From Balanoglossus misakiensis (taxonomy: Eukaryota; Animalia; Hemichordata), in the NCBI GenBank assembly GCA_040954595.2, contig CM082593.2, forward strand, positions 3,861,434 through 3,925,433: 64,000 nt of DNA. Direction: 5' to 3'. Every line of letters starts with the position of its first letter. Position 1 is the stretch's first letter. The position numbers and the translations under genes are program-made. The notes below the pieces were generated by a model that did no database searches, had not been told where the DNA came from, and was given only the letters and a program-made list of their open reading frames with translations. Of the stretch, positions 51,048-64,000 are shown in pieces.

Positions 51048-54000
51048 TGAACTTAATTACACTGTCCAGCGCGATTTAGCTATTGCATGTATCCCCCGGG
51101 ATTTATAAACCACGAGAGACTGCGCATTCAATCTCAAATTTCCTATCACATCATGTAGCTGTATCCAACCTTTCAAGGTAATTTTCCAAATGCACACTGG
51201 AACACATGAAAAACTGTACAAAGGCATCTAATTGGTACTGCACTGGGCACAATTATATGATATATCGAGATAAAAACTGAGAATCTAACATTGTTTGCCA
51301 GGTCAAAGATGAATATGCATATATGCATAAACTTAGTAAGGCTTTGGAAATACCAAAGTAGAACCTTTGCCTGTTAACAGATTAGCTGATATCATTAATT
51401 AGAATATCACCAAATTATGTTGATTTGCAACTTGGTGCAGTGCGCATGTTTTCCAACATAACCATAAAGGTCGTCAAAGAAGGAGTTAGCATGACACCCC
51501 TGAAACTGTCAGACCCAGGCTCACATTACAATTCAACAACGGAAGATGATGATATTTAAAACGTGTTCGTTTTTTGCCTCTGATGAAAAGACACCCCAGC
51601 CAACAAAGGCGCATCACACACTGAGCAAAAACTTGATCGCTCCAGAAGCGCAACCTTGGCCCGACAGGAGAGAAATCAAACAGCGAGAAAGGGCTGATAC
51701 TTTTTTCGACGTTGAGGCATTGAACTCTAGCTGCCAAATATTATTGCACAGTGAATTTGTAAAATTTGCACGCCCTTTGAAGACAGCAACTGCTTCCAGA
51801 GATCATCCACAAAAATAAAATCAAACACTTCTGCAGCTATTGTACTACCGGGTATATGATGCAGTTTAAGCGTGTTCATGTTCCTGCGTACTCTCTTACG
51901 AAGCATATTTTGGCCCAGTCATACCAACTGGGGATAAACAAATGGTATTTATAGAACAATTAGGATTGTATAGCGCTTTCTATTATGTAAACTGTAAAAC
52001 AGAGTTAATTTGGCAATCATGGACACTGGGAATTGGTTTCAAGTATTTTATCTCTTGAGTAGTATCGTTGAAAGCCTGTACATTATCAGCAGGCGATTAC
52101 GTTAAAATCAGACTGTGATTTTTTCTGCTGTTATTGTTACAAAAGAAGGGTCTTTGAGTGTTAGATGGGATTCTACTTAGCGTAATGTGCTTTAAAATGG
52201 AACGGTGTTTATTGAATTATCACATTCACCTTCTCCCAGAGGTAAGGCATCTCTCTTCAATCAAAGTCATTCGCGGAATCGATTAGCAGGTTGTTTGGCA
52301 AATTGTACTCAAGGAGATTGGACCTGTTCCGATGATGATGATGGGAGCACATAAAACGTGACGATCAAAGTCTTATTTCACACACAGGTAATGCCGAGTA
52401 TTTTGGACACACAGATTCAATTAATGGGGACAGAGTGGATGGGTTTGCCAAATTAGATTACACGGGCATTGAGAGTGATGCTTTCACCCCGAAATAAAGC
52501 AAAATGAAACAATCACGATTTCACTGTACCTGACATAAAAATCTGACAGTGTTTTGAAGTTTGACTAATTCAGCTTCAACGTGTAACCCCAGGCTTCAAA
52601 TGTTGGTTAGATTTGTACATATAGGGTAATGGCGCCATCGTATAGGCAATGGTGATACAACTTTGTATCAAGAGGAAGAACGAAAGAAAATGCCGCTGAT
52701 AATGATTATGAAATAAGAAGCCAAACTCGTCACATAACGATTTTAAGCCTGGCGCGTGTTGAACGTAGTGACGAGCTAAATTTAGCGACATCGCATTCCG
52801 TTTGCTCTGGCTGACAGCTAAACCATGCACCGAGAAGTACGACTGTGTTTTTATTGCTATGGGTACACGTCAGCTGTTATTTTTCGAGAATATTGGAACT
52901 TTTGGACGGACAGAAGTTATACTTCAAACTATTTAGGTTACAGCTGCACATGGAAGTACTCTCAACCACGGACAACTATCACAATATGGCCGCTGTTTGT
53001 GACATTTACGTGACATTGTGTTGAACAGGCTTGGTCAGTTGTCAGTCAGGGTAATGACAGGCTCAACCAATTGGGGACATAGCTGCTTGGGGTCATAATA
53101 CTAGTTTGCCCTAGGTTATCGCCATTAGGCACAGTTGTATTTATAACCCGTAGCTTAATCAAAAGATAGTATAATTAAATCATGATCATGCTCACAACAC
53201 CCCACTGGCATAAATATTTTAATGGTTTAAATAAGTAATGTGCATCCATTTTAAAGCAAGGAATACCGTCATTGCTGCGAATTTCAATCGGCTCTTACAG
53301 ATACTCTGCACGCATACACGAGTTGCAAACAGAGTGTTGAATAATGAAACGCCAGCTGGTAAATCGTGGACAGCACGGCACATGTCGATACCATTCAAAG
53401 CAAATCCTATAGCCTACATTTTACTGGAGCGTTCCATCTGGCTGCTATCACACATGCGTGCAGCAAAGAGGTGTTTATAAGGCCTCGCTATTGGAATGTC
53501 ACAAACTTTCTGGGAAATATGCACTGACGACAGCAAAAAACAGACAGACAGCCATGAAGAACTGTACACCACTGTTTGACGCAAACTCAATTATATATAA
53601 TTGGTGTGATTTCCCAAATATCTTGACTGAACTTGAACAGAGATTGCGTATTAATGACACTGGCAAAGGTATTGAATCTGTCTGTCATCTCGAGAATCCA
53701 GTGCTTATATCTACTCACATACTCTTCTGATTATCACCTTTAAAAGTACACTGCAATCCTTCGGTAGAGTGTACATGCTCCTACCTTTGGGCAAGCGTGT
53801 GATAATTGTAATTAGCCCTCGCATGATGTCAGAAAATGTCACAGTAATGGATTTCAAGTGTGAAAGAAACTGGCACATCGGAAAGGTGCACTTTCTGTTG
53901 CCCCCAACACTTTAAACATCCAATTCCTGTGAAATGACAGCGTGCCTTTAGCTTCTGCATGAACCCCACTCTTTGTACTTTCCTGCCTGCAAATCCGTTT

Positions 54001-57000
54001 TCCACGAGCGCCAAATTTAATGGGGAATGCAGACACTTGACCTCTGTTATCGTTTTATGCCCCCAAACACCTAAACGGTCGAAAAGTAACAAATGATGTG
54101 TCGTTGTGAGGTCTTGAACGTCATGAATTGTGGCTGTCTCGTCATTAACACTGGCAACATTGACGCGAGACTTTGACGGTAAGGTTAGTAAGCATCAGCT
54201 AATCCATCGATTAGCTGCGAAGGAACATGTGTCAAGTTGTAACATGGGTATGAAGATATTCAATAAGAAGGGTTCATTGTCATTGTTTTGAATTCTCTTT
54301 TTATGCATCAATATCAGTCACACCAAGACAGGTACATTCTTATTCAATCTCCCAACCCAAAATACATGTATCATAAATTCTAATTTCAATATTTGTACAC
54401 AAAACTCCTAATATCTGGTGGGAATTCTGATCAGTGTGTGTAAATTTACCTTGGCTGTAATGCGATTATCAAACTGCTCTCAAAGATCATGGAATGACCC
54501 AACTTTGAACAGTACCGTATATATCAATAGATCAACAGGTCGGTGTCCAAGGAGTTACATGATTAAAAGAACCTTGAAAGAAACCTGTTTGTAATCGGTT
54601 TCAAACGTGCATTAAGCACTCTGTTGAGGAACCAAATTGGCAATTTTCATAAGTACAACATGTTTAAAGGACGACCATCTCTTCCCAGTGATTGGCTGAT
54701 TAGCGATGAGGTTAAAAGTTCACAAACACACGGGAGCCTAATAGAACCATGAACTCGAGAATGTTGTCTTTGAAACAGCTGTGAACATGTGATATCAATC
54801 ACAGCCTGGCATAATGTCAATGTCAGATGTTGACAAAATGCCACGCAAATTACTCTGCTAGTGGTGAATGTCGAACTGTCATATTATTACACACATGGAG
54901 AGATATTTTCGAAGCACAAACTTTTTAGATGTCAGATAACACCCATATTACTGCCTTGGCGAATGGAAGGGGGGGGGGATATGTATTCAGTGGCAGTCTA
55001 TAGGAAGACCCTACAATGAATTATAGTTTGATGGGTTCAATGAATAATGAGCCATTCATTTGTAAATTGCAAAATTACCTATTTTCTATTTAACTGTTTC
55101 GGTGGCAGCACGTAAAACACGCATACTGATTTAAAATTCACAGTGGATAATACGTTATTTTTAACATTTTACATATTGTAAATTATTGAGTCGACTCCAT
55201 CTTGATGGAATTGGTTTTAGCGTTGTTATCCGTACACACATTACTTATAGATAGGAAAGAAAATGGATTTATATTCGAGTGCAGTTCAATTGTTCTTCAC
55301 TCGACGGTGGGGTTAAGTGTGTCGTTGAAGGAATAAGCCAGTCAGATAATAGTTTGCATGGTTGACAAATGACTGATACATTCCTTCTCTAAATGATATG
55401 GATGTTAAGTCTCGAGTGATAGCGCGTATCGTAGATTGAAATCAGCCCGACTCTGGCGCCGTCCCCGGTTGACTCTTTCAAGACTGTCGTGGCACCAGAA
55501 CGCACGCTGTCATATCACGCCGTACGGTCACCCGAGCACACGTCCGTGCTTGATTCCCTGCATGGGTCGACCGTTTCCAAGTTAGTTCTTTGTACGCTGG
55601 GAATAATTTATGAAGATTCGATCGGAAGGTTTGAGGGTAGATCCGTTCCCCAAGCTGTTCCAAATCAATTATGATATTGGTATCTTAGACAGAAAGGCTC
55701 CGGAAATTAAAGGAGTAGGCTCAACAACAAAAATCCAAAAAGGGTTTCATGTGTATGAATTTGTAAAATGCAATTGTTGGAAAACACAATCTTTCAAATT
55801 TAGAGATAACATTATCAAACGTGTCAAATCAGTCGAATAACAAGATGCATTTGACTTCATTGCGTCTAAATGTTGAGTGACGTTGACGTCTGGTTGGTTA
55901 AATAAGAGAGCCACAGTAATGAACCCACATTCACCACATTTTGCGCACAGACATTCCACTTTTGCCGGATCTATTTTTTTCAATCTCCTCTACTAATTTC
56001 TAAAATACATATCTGTGCGGTTGTTATAGAAACGTTTCACTGGCAGGCCGTAGGCATTAAGCGTTCAAAGCGCGTTGATGTTTCCTGTGAAATTCGACAT
56101 AGTTCTCCGATAGCAACCAACTTGCGGAGGCAGAGCGGTTTGCTCCCTGCTAATTCTTTCAGCGAGCTCTATGTCACAGGATATGGGTTTTAGCAGAAGG
56201 TGTCCCATTTACGCACGAAAGAGCCCAGCAATATATGGCCTGCACACATGACACACACTTTGCCTCCTATGTCTTTGCCACCCCAAGAAAACTTACGGAT
56301 ATCGGACAAACACCTACCTACAGAGCTGCACTTTCTTGAAAGACAAACATGATTTCTTCCACGGCAGGCAGTCACATCTTTTCGACTGAGCCGTCGCTAT
56401 TACCACAACCACTCTCTTTAACAAGCCGCGTGAGGGCGAGTTTTGCTTTGCGAGCTCAAACCAAATCCCATGCATGTTGAATCATGCTTTTGTAGTCAAC
56501 GAAAATATATATTTTGCGTAAGATAATAACCCGCCTTGTGTAACGAGAAATATAGCAGAATAAAATAAATAAGTAAAATGTGCAAAATTAATCTTTTTCA
56601 TTTAACTTTACTTATGGGCAAACTATAAAATATAAATTAACAATTGAAAATAAAGATATCGTTTCCAGCAAACAAAATAAATAAATAATTCTGCATTTGC
56701 TCTGGTTCTAATGCAAATAATCCCTTCCACCAGGGGAGTGTGACGTTTCTGGATAACCATCTATATTACAAAGTTTTATCATTGGAGACTTGATGAAGCT
56801 ATGCAAAATATTCCCCCGTTGTTGTTGTTTTTGGGGAGTTTACGTGTATTCCCATGGCGAGCCAAGAAAATGATGGCACATTTTGAAACGTGATCTGTCG
56901 TGCAGCGAAACTAATTGTGTATTGAGCATGCAGGCCATTTACAATTTCACTAGTAATATCACACCAACATCCCATGCCTACTACTTGTCGTCAGTACTGA

Positions 57001-60000
57001 CGTCATCATCCGTGATACCTTCTCTCGGATCATGGCAATCATTGTGTATGTACGTGTACCCAGAACACTTTGTTGCTCCCAGGGAACACAAACAAACTAT
57101 GTATGACTTGATTTGCAAACGTGGAAGTAAGGATGGTTTTAATCGCTTTGCCCAACTCTCACTTTCAACTTGCTCAATAAACGTGGTGTATTATGAAATT
57201 TCAATAATTTTCTGTAGTTTGATCTCTTGCGACGCTGCTGCAATATTTGCTGCCATAGCATTTATTGCAGGGCAGGGCCAACTTTACTAAACCACTGAAG
57301 AACAGACCCAATCAGACCTCACTTTGCATGACAATAAATAAGTGTCTTAGCCAATCAGTGACATTCTGTGACCTTCTGATCACACGCCATTAGCGGCGGA
57401 TCTCAACAACGGGAATCAGGAATCCCTGGCGAATTTCAATTTCCATCGGGTCTGTGCAAACATTATGCCCTAATAACAGAATACCGTGATCTCCGTGTGT
57501 GAGACGAGAAGTGCATTTATTTTAACTCAATGCAGTCTTTTGTTACTTCAATTTATGGCCGCAGAGTACGGTTACACCACATCTCCTCGCGAAAATACAT
57601 GTATCCTTATCAGAATTAGAAATACGAAAGTTTCTCCAAATAGACTAAATAGCAAACTTGTTATGCATTTTAATAATGTGCGAGCATTCTATAGAGATTA
57701 GTGACCGGTTCAGACTGAAACATTTTGTATAGATTTTGCTATGATATATTACCATTACAAATGTATATGAAATGTGACTCTTTATGACATCTTGCTATGG
57801 TGATCTAAATAATGCTACGACATAACCCAGGTGTATTTATTACCCCCTGGGCAGCCACTTCAAACAAACTAAATAAGTGTCGTAGTATAAATAACATGAC
57901 ATCATATACACTCACTTTGAATATACACATTAACAAAATACAACCTCGCTCATGTGCCGGTACGTAAACTAAAATTTGAACGAACTTCATCGTCGCCAAA
58001 TGTTGAGTTATTTTCCAGTATCTGCAATATACCGGTATATAGTCTCAAGTTCGGAACTAGTATGAACTAGCTGACTCAACCAACGTACCTACCTACCAAC
58101 CAGCCAACCATGAATGGTTCAAATGTGTTTAAATGGTGGCGTGACAGATCACGGATGTCGAAATAAACATATGACAGATATCTGCCGTTGTTTAGTATTC
58201 TCGGAAAAGGGGTATACGTTATCACGAGTTCTGACTTTTGCCCACCATTTGGCTATAATTAGTCACTTTATTTTGAGGCTTTTACGTAGAATATACAAAC
58301 ACTGTTCACACATACGCATAAAAATGACATGGTTTGATATACAGAACATGAATCATATCACAGTATACACAATGGCATTTTTAGAACGACATCTTTCATG
58401 TTTTACCAGCGGTCAATGACTCAAACTGTACCAGGCGTGCACTGCAGCGTCGGTCGAACATTTTATAGCTTCGGCGTTCAGCAATATCCCGTTTGTGAAC
58501 GATTATGAAAACTGCAAGGCGCGCTGGGTGACAGATTTAATATCAATTGAGCTTTTATTCGACACGAGAACGCCGCAGGCTGAACGTTTTAGGATCATTT
58601 GCAGTGTGTTTCATCGGAATAACCACCATTTCTTACAAAATAAAACGTTATACAGCTTGTGAAATATTCAACGGTGAATATCCATCGACTCAGCTGCCGG
58701 TACAGAGTGGCAGTTTAAGAGAGAAAGTTAGTAGGTTAACGCACGGGCGTCTGCCATAATGGTGGTTGCCAGCCTATAGCGCCCTTAGCAATCTAGCTTT
58801 GCAGCCACCCAGAGAACGGTGCTTATCTCTTAGTTCTTAAACATCACTACTTTCATGCATACCCACATTACAATGTATCAAGACATATCATAAACCACTG
58901 CTTCCACTTCAAGCTGCACTTTGTTACATTATTTATCTAGCTATTATTACACTTGATATACCGGTACTTGCATGATGAAAATTCAAGTTTATGAAAGTCA
59001 TTGTACTGTGAAATCGCGAGTTCTGAAACAAGTTTGTGTTTGATAGCTGAATGGGTAAACAAAGCACACGTGTGAATACTCATTTACACAGGTTTATCTT
59101 ATCGAAGCATCGGCCATGACATCTTTTGTAGCTATTCAAATGAAAATTCACCAGAGTTTCTGTATTATCTTGATTATTGAAGTGAGACCCATGTTTAGTA
59201 TCTTTGCTGTTTATCATTCAGGGCCCGACCTTTCGGAAATTTTTTTAAACACCAAATTCAACTATATAAACAGAATTATGGGCACACTGTTTAGGTTACA
59301 ATGTCCTAGTTTTCTTGGGATTTTATTGTTTATCTGGCTTTTGTATACACAAAACCAAACACAACCCTTATGTGAACATTCGCACAAATGTACTGTTTGT
59401 TCCAAGGGGAAACTTGGGCAATGTAAACTTTTGTATCTAGCTCTGAAGTTCAATACAGCTATTACGATGCCAGCAATCATCCAGAGATTGTCTGCCCGTG
59501 GACGTGGTGATATCTTCTCCTCCATAGCAGTACAACATGTTCGCTCCATAAGGCTAAACGACCTTGATTAAATTAATTGTTTTGAAGACAAGTTCCAGCG
59601 AACACGTAGTTCTGTCGACAGAACGTGTCCACTTAGTGTGATGTTTACACAACTGGTATCCAAGCAACACTGATGGATGTACATGGTTATGTTATTGCAC
59701 GATCTGTGATTGAGTTGTTGCAAGGCTGCTGTTCTATAACTCAAATTCCTGATTTCAACCGATAGGGTTTCATCTTTTTGCCAATGACTGAATGGTAATT
59801 ACTCATTACAGGACGACGGCATTGGGTTGATTGCAATTTCGTCAGAAGGTTCGAGTTTAATTAAGTGACTGCACAAACCCAAGCCACGTGTGTTTTTATT
59901 GAAATTGACCAGAGTTATGCGAAGCCAAGAAGTTAATGATTTTGATATTCCAATCAGTCTATATTCTCCGTTTTACGTCCACAAGCATGACAAAGCTCCA

Positions 60001-60424
60001 CAGAGTTTTATTTGCTTTTCGCGTTCAGACTTCAAGTCTTGAATATTCAAGGCGTGACAAGGCATGCCGAATTAGGCATGTCTGCACCTTCAAATGCCGG
60101 ACTGATCGTTAAGTTGGTGAGGTACTGAAAAGCACCAGAAACCCCAACCCAAATAAAAACTGTTGAATGTCAACACTAAACTGAGGAACCGGTCGTCTGG
60201 TAGACATGATGGCGCCTCCACCATAGAAAGGTGGCTCGCTAACGAGTCACTCTTGACAAACTTTTCAGATGCTGAATGACATAATTTCAAATCGAGCTCA
60301 TTAAAAGCTAGACGTCCGTCTAATTCAGTTAATTGTGAAGACCCTACTCCCTAAAAAGCGTGACATGTGGTAAATTCGTCCTTGCTTTTCTAAGTTATCG
60401 CAAGACACGACATATGGACAGTAA

Positions 60425-60592
60425 GGGGAGAACCACTTGATTTCTTTGGGGGGACAATTTAGGTATATAAGAATTTGTTTCCAGTCATTGTTAAAACAAT
60501 TGTTTTCTATTGCCAGTCCTAGTTTTTTGTCTCATTGCAACCCAGAAGAATTCCCCCCCTCCCCAACCCCCAGAAATCAAATGGTTCTTCCC
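60425..60592. mobile_element. MITE, PIF/Harbinger (Tourist)-like, copy 2
   Basis: TIRs GGGGAGAACCACTTGATTTCT...AGAAATCAAATGGTTCTTCCC, flanked by a perfect TAA target-site duplication (60422-60424 / 60593-60595); 168 bp. Confidence 0.78.
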
Positions 60593-63500
60593 TAATCCGA
60601 ACATGTTAGGGAAGACGACACTCGCGGGCCTCTAAATGATCTTCTGAGTCCAGTGCCTTGGACAGCCTTAACAGTTTGCGTCATTATGGAGCAATATCAT
60701 AATTGCGACAATGGCGGCAGGCTATACATTTATAGTTGGGGGCTTGAGGGGACAACGGCGTATTAAATCCGCGTAAAAGTGCTTTGTTGCGAAGCAAACG
60801 GGGATCATTTATGAATGTAGAGTCACGCTCCTACTTCCAAAGCCTTCTGGAGACTGCGTAATCAACCTTTCTGCAATTATCAACCTAAATCAAAGGCGAA
60901 ATCGCACCTGTGGGGATAGCTATTTACAGCCTTTCTTAGTGTCAGTAATAACAGTCATGCTGAAGTCTCTAGGCATCGCGTTACACAAAGAAGACAAATT
61001 GGAATGCCTTTTTATCAGAGACGCTTCAAAGATAGTGGCGCTGCGAGAATGCTAGGCGTCATAGCAGCAGTGCATGGGGGACAATCGATCCGTTATCATC
61101 CAGGTGAACAACTTAACACGGAAAATTTCCATGTGAAGGGGGCGTTTTCAATACCCATGGCAGTTCATCTGTGACGGGAAATTACTTGATGGACCCGTCT
61201 TTAATGAAATATTGCATCGTGTGCATTCATCCCCGCTTTTGTGACGAGCACATGGAGAAAATTCTATTCAGATTCTAAAAAATGTAATTCCTTTATATTG
61301 TTAACAAAGGAACGTGGATTTCTTACTGCGTAGACTATATGGACCTTTGTCGGAAAGCACGAATACGGGTCCATGCAACACGTAGTATGGTCTCGTATTC
61401 ATTCGATATGCATAGCCAGATATAGTCAGATAAAATGAGGTACCTCAATTGGGAAATGATACCAATGTGCTATTTTCCGTAGCAAAGAAATACCCTTGTC
61501 AAGTTTGGCTCAGGAGACCCTAGACTGGTATTGAATTCTCCACCAGTGTTGCAGCTCTACAGACTATAAAGGTGTTAACATTAACATAATTTCTCCCTAA
61601 ACCCTAGTTCTAATTAAAACATCATACATTTCCTTTCTTTACTGTCTACACCATCAGTTCTCAGATTACAGTCTTGATGATATTCATGATATGTGAAACG
61701 AGTTTGCCGTTGACAATGGTGGTTGCCGGATGAATCAGTATCTATAAATAATTCGTTGACGAAAGCCAAAATGAATTTGATACATGAGACACTAGTCATT
61801 CATGACTTTGTGTGGCATGACGTGCTTACTTTGATTTAGAAGATGATATCATATTCAGGTGTGTGGCCAACAGCGTTGGTATGGGAATTTAGTTACAGTT
61901 CTTGGAAAGAAGCCTAATATAAGAAGATCTTATCCGTGCGTTTCTTTCAGTAGGGAAATCAGATTTCTTGACGCAAAATTACAAGCCAGGGAAATTGCAG
62001 AGTAGCTTAACCAAACTAATTAAAAGCAAATTCCAGCATCGGTATATCAGGAATGAACTTGTGAAAGACAGCGGTAGTGAGAACAAGCAAATCATGGAAC
62101 ATCCAAATGTTGCCATGTTAGGCCATTGTGTAACGTGAAATAACAACATCAATATCAACAAATTACCCACATTATAAGGTTATTATAACGAAAAACACCA
62201 CTGTATGGTACAAACAATCCCCTTTTAGTGAAATACCTCACGCTTTGTAGCTTTGACCAGGAATCTTTGAGATCTAACCCGCTAACGATCGAATGTGGTG
62301 AAGCGTGCGGAAAGGTGTAAAATGCCTTCAAGGTTCTAATTTGAACTTTGTGATATTTCACGGGTGCTGGTCTAATTCAAGATTAGCCTCTCCAGCAACG
62401 TTGCATGTGCAAGGTATACCGGGGGTACATGTGATCAATCATATAAATGATAATTAACCAATCCAATTAAGGGGTAAATGATTCAGAAGATCATTTTGCT
62501 AGAACTCACCCGATTACAACACAAATAAACTATTTTTCTGTCAAAATGTAGGCATCAAGGATAGTATGAATTAAGAGATTTGTATAGACAGGCAAGCAAT
62601 GAGTTGTAATTGTGGACTAATATGCAGTTGAAATATCTTCATGTTATCTGGAGTAGGCAATTACGGAGCGTGCTGAGAGGGAACCCACACGTGACACGCT
62701 GAATTTGACGTCAATAATCGACGTGATAATTTGGATTCTTGTGTCGGGTAACGCTGCTATATAGCAATCGGTAAAAATTAGGACAGGTTGACGTGCTGAA
62801 GGAAGTAATTAATGGTGATAAATTAGTGGCGTTTATTGGGGGTGGGTGTTTGCTTTACCATTACCAGTGATAAATAGGGGCGTTTATGGAGGGTGCGATG
62901 TTAGCGTTACTACTAAGTGCCTAAGTAAGCAATTAGAGTTGTGATGTAGCAAGACAGTATGGAAAGCTGAGGTTATGTTGGAATTAGACTCGGTATATAC
63001 CGGTAGAAGATAAGATTGGGAGAGATGTGCGTTGGTTACATGGCGAGGGATTATGTCATTAGGGATTTCACAAACACATAGAGAATTTCCAAGTGTAACA
63101 TAACTGACTGTCCATTGGCATTTAAAGAACGAATTACTTATACATGACAGTAAATAAGGCTGAGTTAGCTACAAGATTCATATATTGGGTAATTGCTATG
63201 CAATTCTAGTTGGAATAGACAGTATACGATTTGAGAGCCAGCAATGATACATTACATATTGGGTATAAAGATTGAAGTATGGTATATGTTTTCAGAATGT
63301 CATTTTGTTGTCATTGTATGTTACAAAAATTCAACATACATAAATTTGACTTTAAACAAACTGTGTTTCAGTACATGTTTACTGCGGGCATGGTTCGTAA
63401 ATTGCAATTGAGAAAACCGCTGAGAGAATGTCAATATTTGAAATACGGTGAACAGAAGGATTTTTACTAACCTCTACTTTCATCGGCGACCCGAATCAAT

Positions 63501-64000
63501 ACACACTGGCTGATATGGGAAAGTCTGATTTATCGGATTATATATATGTTGTACGTCATACATCTTACAGATGTGTTCTTACCAGGGAACGTCTATACAG
63601 AATAATCTGGGGGAATCACACGGCTTTTATACATAAGCATCCATAAAGAAAGTATTTAAATTCTACGCAATGTTGTAAATTCATGCCCGAAAGACACACT
63701 CACTATAAAACTTGCATATTAGAGCCACTTGCACCCTTTTTATAGTGTTCATTTTCGTTTGGTACGGTTAAATCACTCCATCCAAAACATTTAATGGGGC
63801 CAGCATTGTTGGGAGTAATTGCTGCAAATTTATAAAATGTGTAATTTTCACTTTATGTAGTCAGTATCGCTAGGAATGAGTTACATTAGATACGACGGCA
63901 CGAGTTGAACTGGATATCCATTAAAATTATATGAGTGTAAAATAAACCGAATATCCGTATCGTTATGTTTTTATCAGAAATATTTAACCCCATCGATAAG

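Noticed and set aside
56190-56375. Minus-strand ORF containing RKFSWGGK, superficially a leucokinin-like FxxWG-amide
   Set aside because: Wrong spacing (F-x-W), single copy, no KR after GG, no signal peptide, non-ATG start, and it overlaps a probable splice donor. By-eye scans for WG-G-KR and FMRWG-KR elsewhere found no precursor.
1-64000. CRISPR arrays, rRNA/tRNA genes, conserved miRNAs, transposase or reverse-transcriptase ORFs
   Set aside because: None recognised by eye; no regularly spaced repeats. Decayed elements or novel ncRNAs cannot be excluded without Infernal/RepeatMasker.

Overview
AT-rich animal genomic DNA (spliceosomal GT-AG introns, microsatellites, MITEs; no prokaryotic features). 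Two neuropeptide class A GPCR genes lie tail-to-tail about 17.5 kb apart. On the + strand is a 5-coding-exon leucokinin-receptor-like gene (18126-20398, about 381 aa); exons 2-5 are absent from the ORF track and were assembled by hand. On the - strand is a 2-coding-exon luqin/RYamide-type receptor (45221-37872, 389 aa). Both carry a phase-0 intron at the same KRK|V/L position before TM6. The luqin receptor looks ambulacrarian to me (hemichordate/echinoderm; recalled similarity, unverified). If so, a leucokinin-receptor-like gene with an altered pocket (K at 3.32) is the most notable observation. The rest is non-coding: two related Harbinger-type MITEs, a local tandem duplication, simple repeats, many RFX X-box-like motifs and a candidate orphan TATA promoter. 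No ligand precursor was found.
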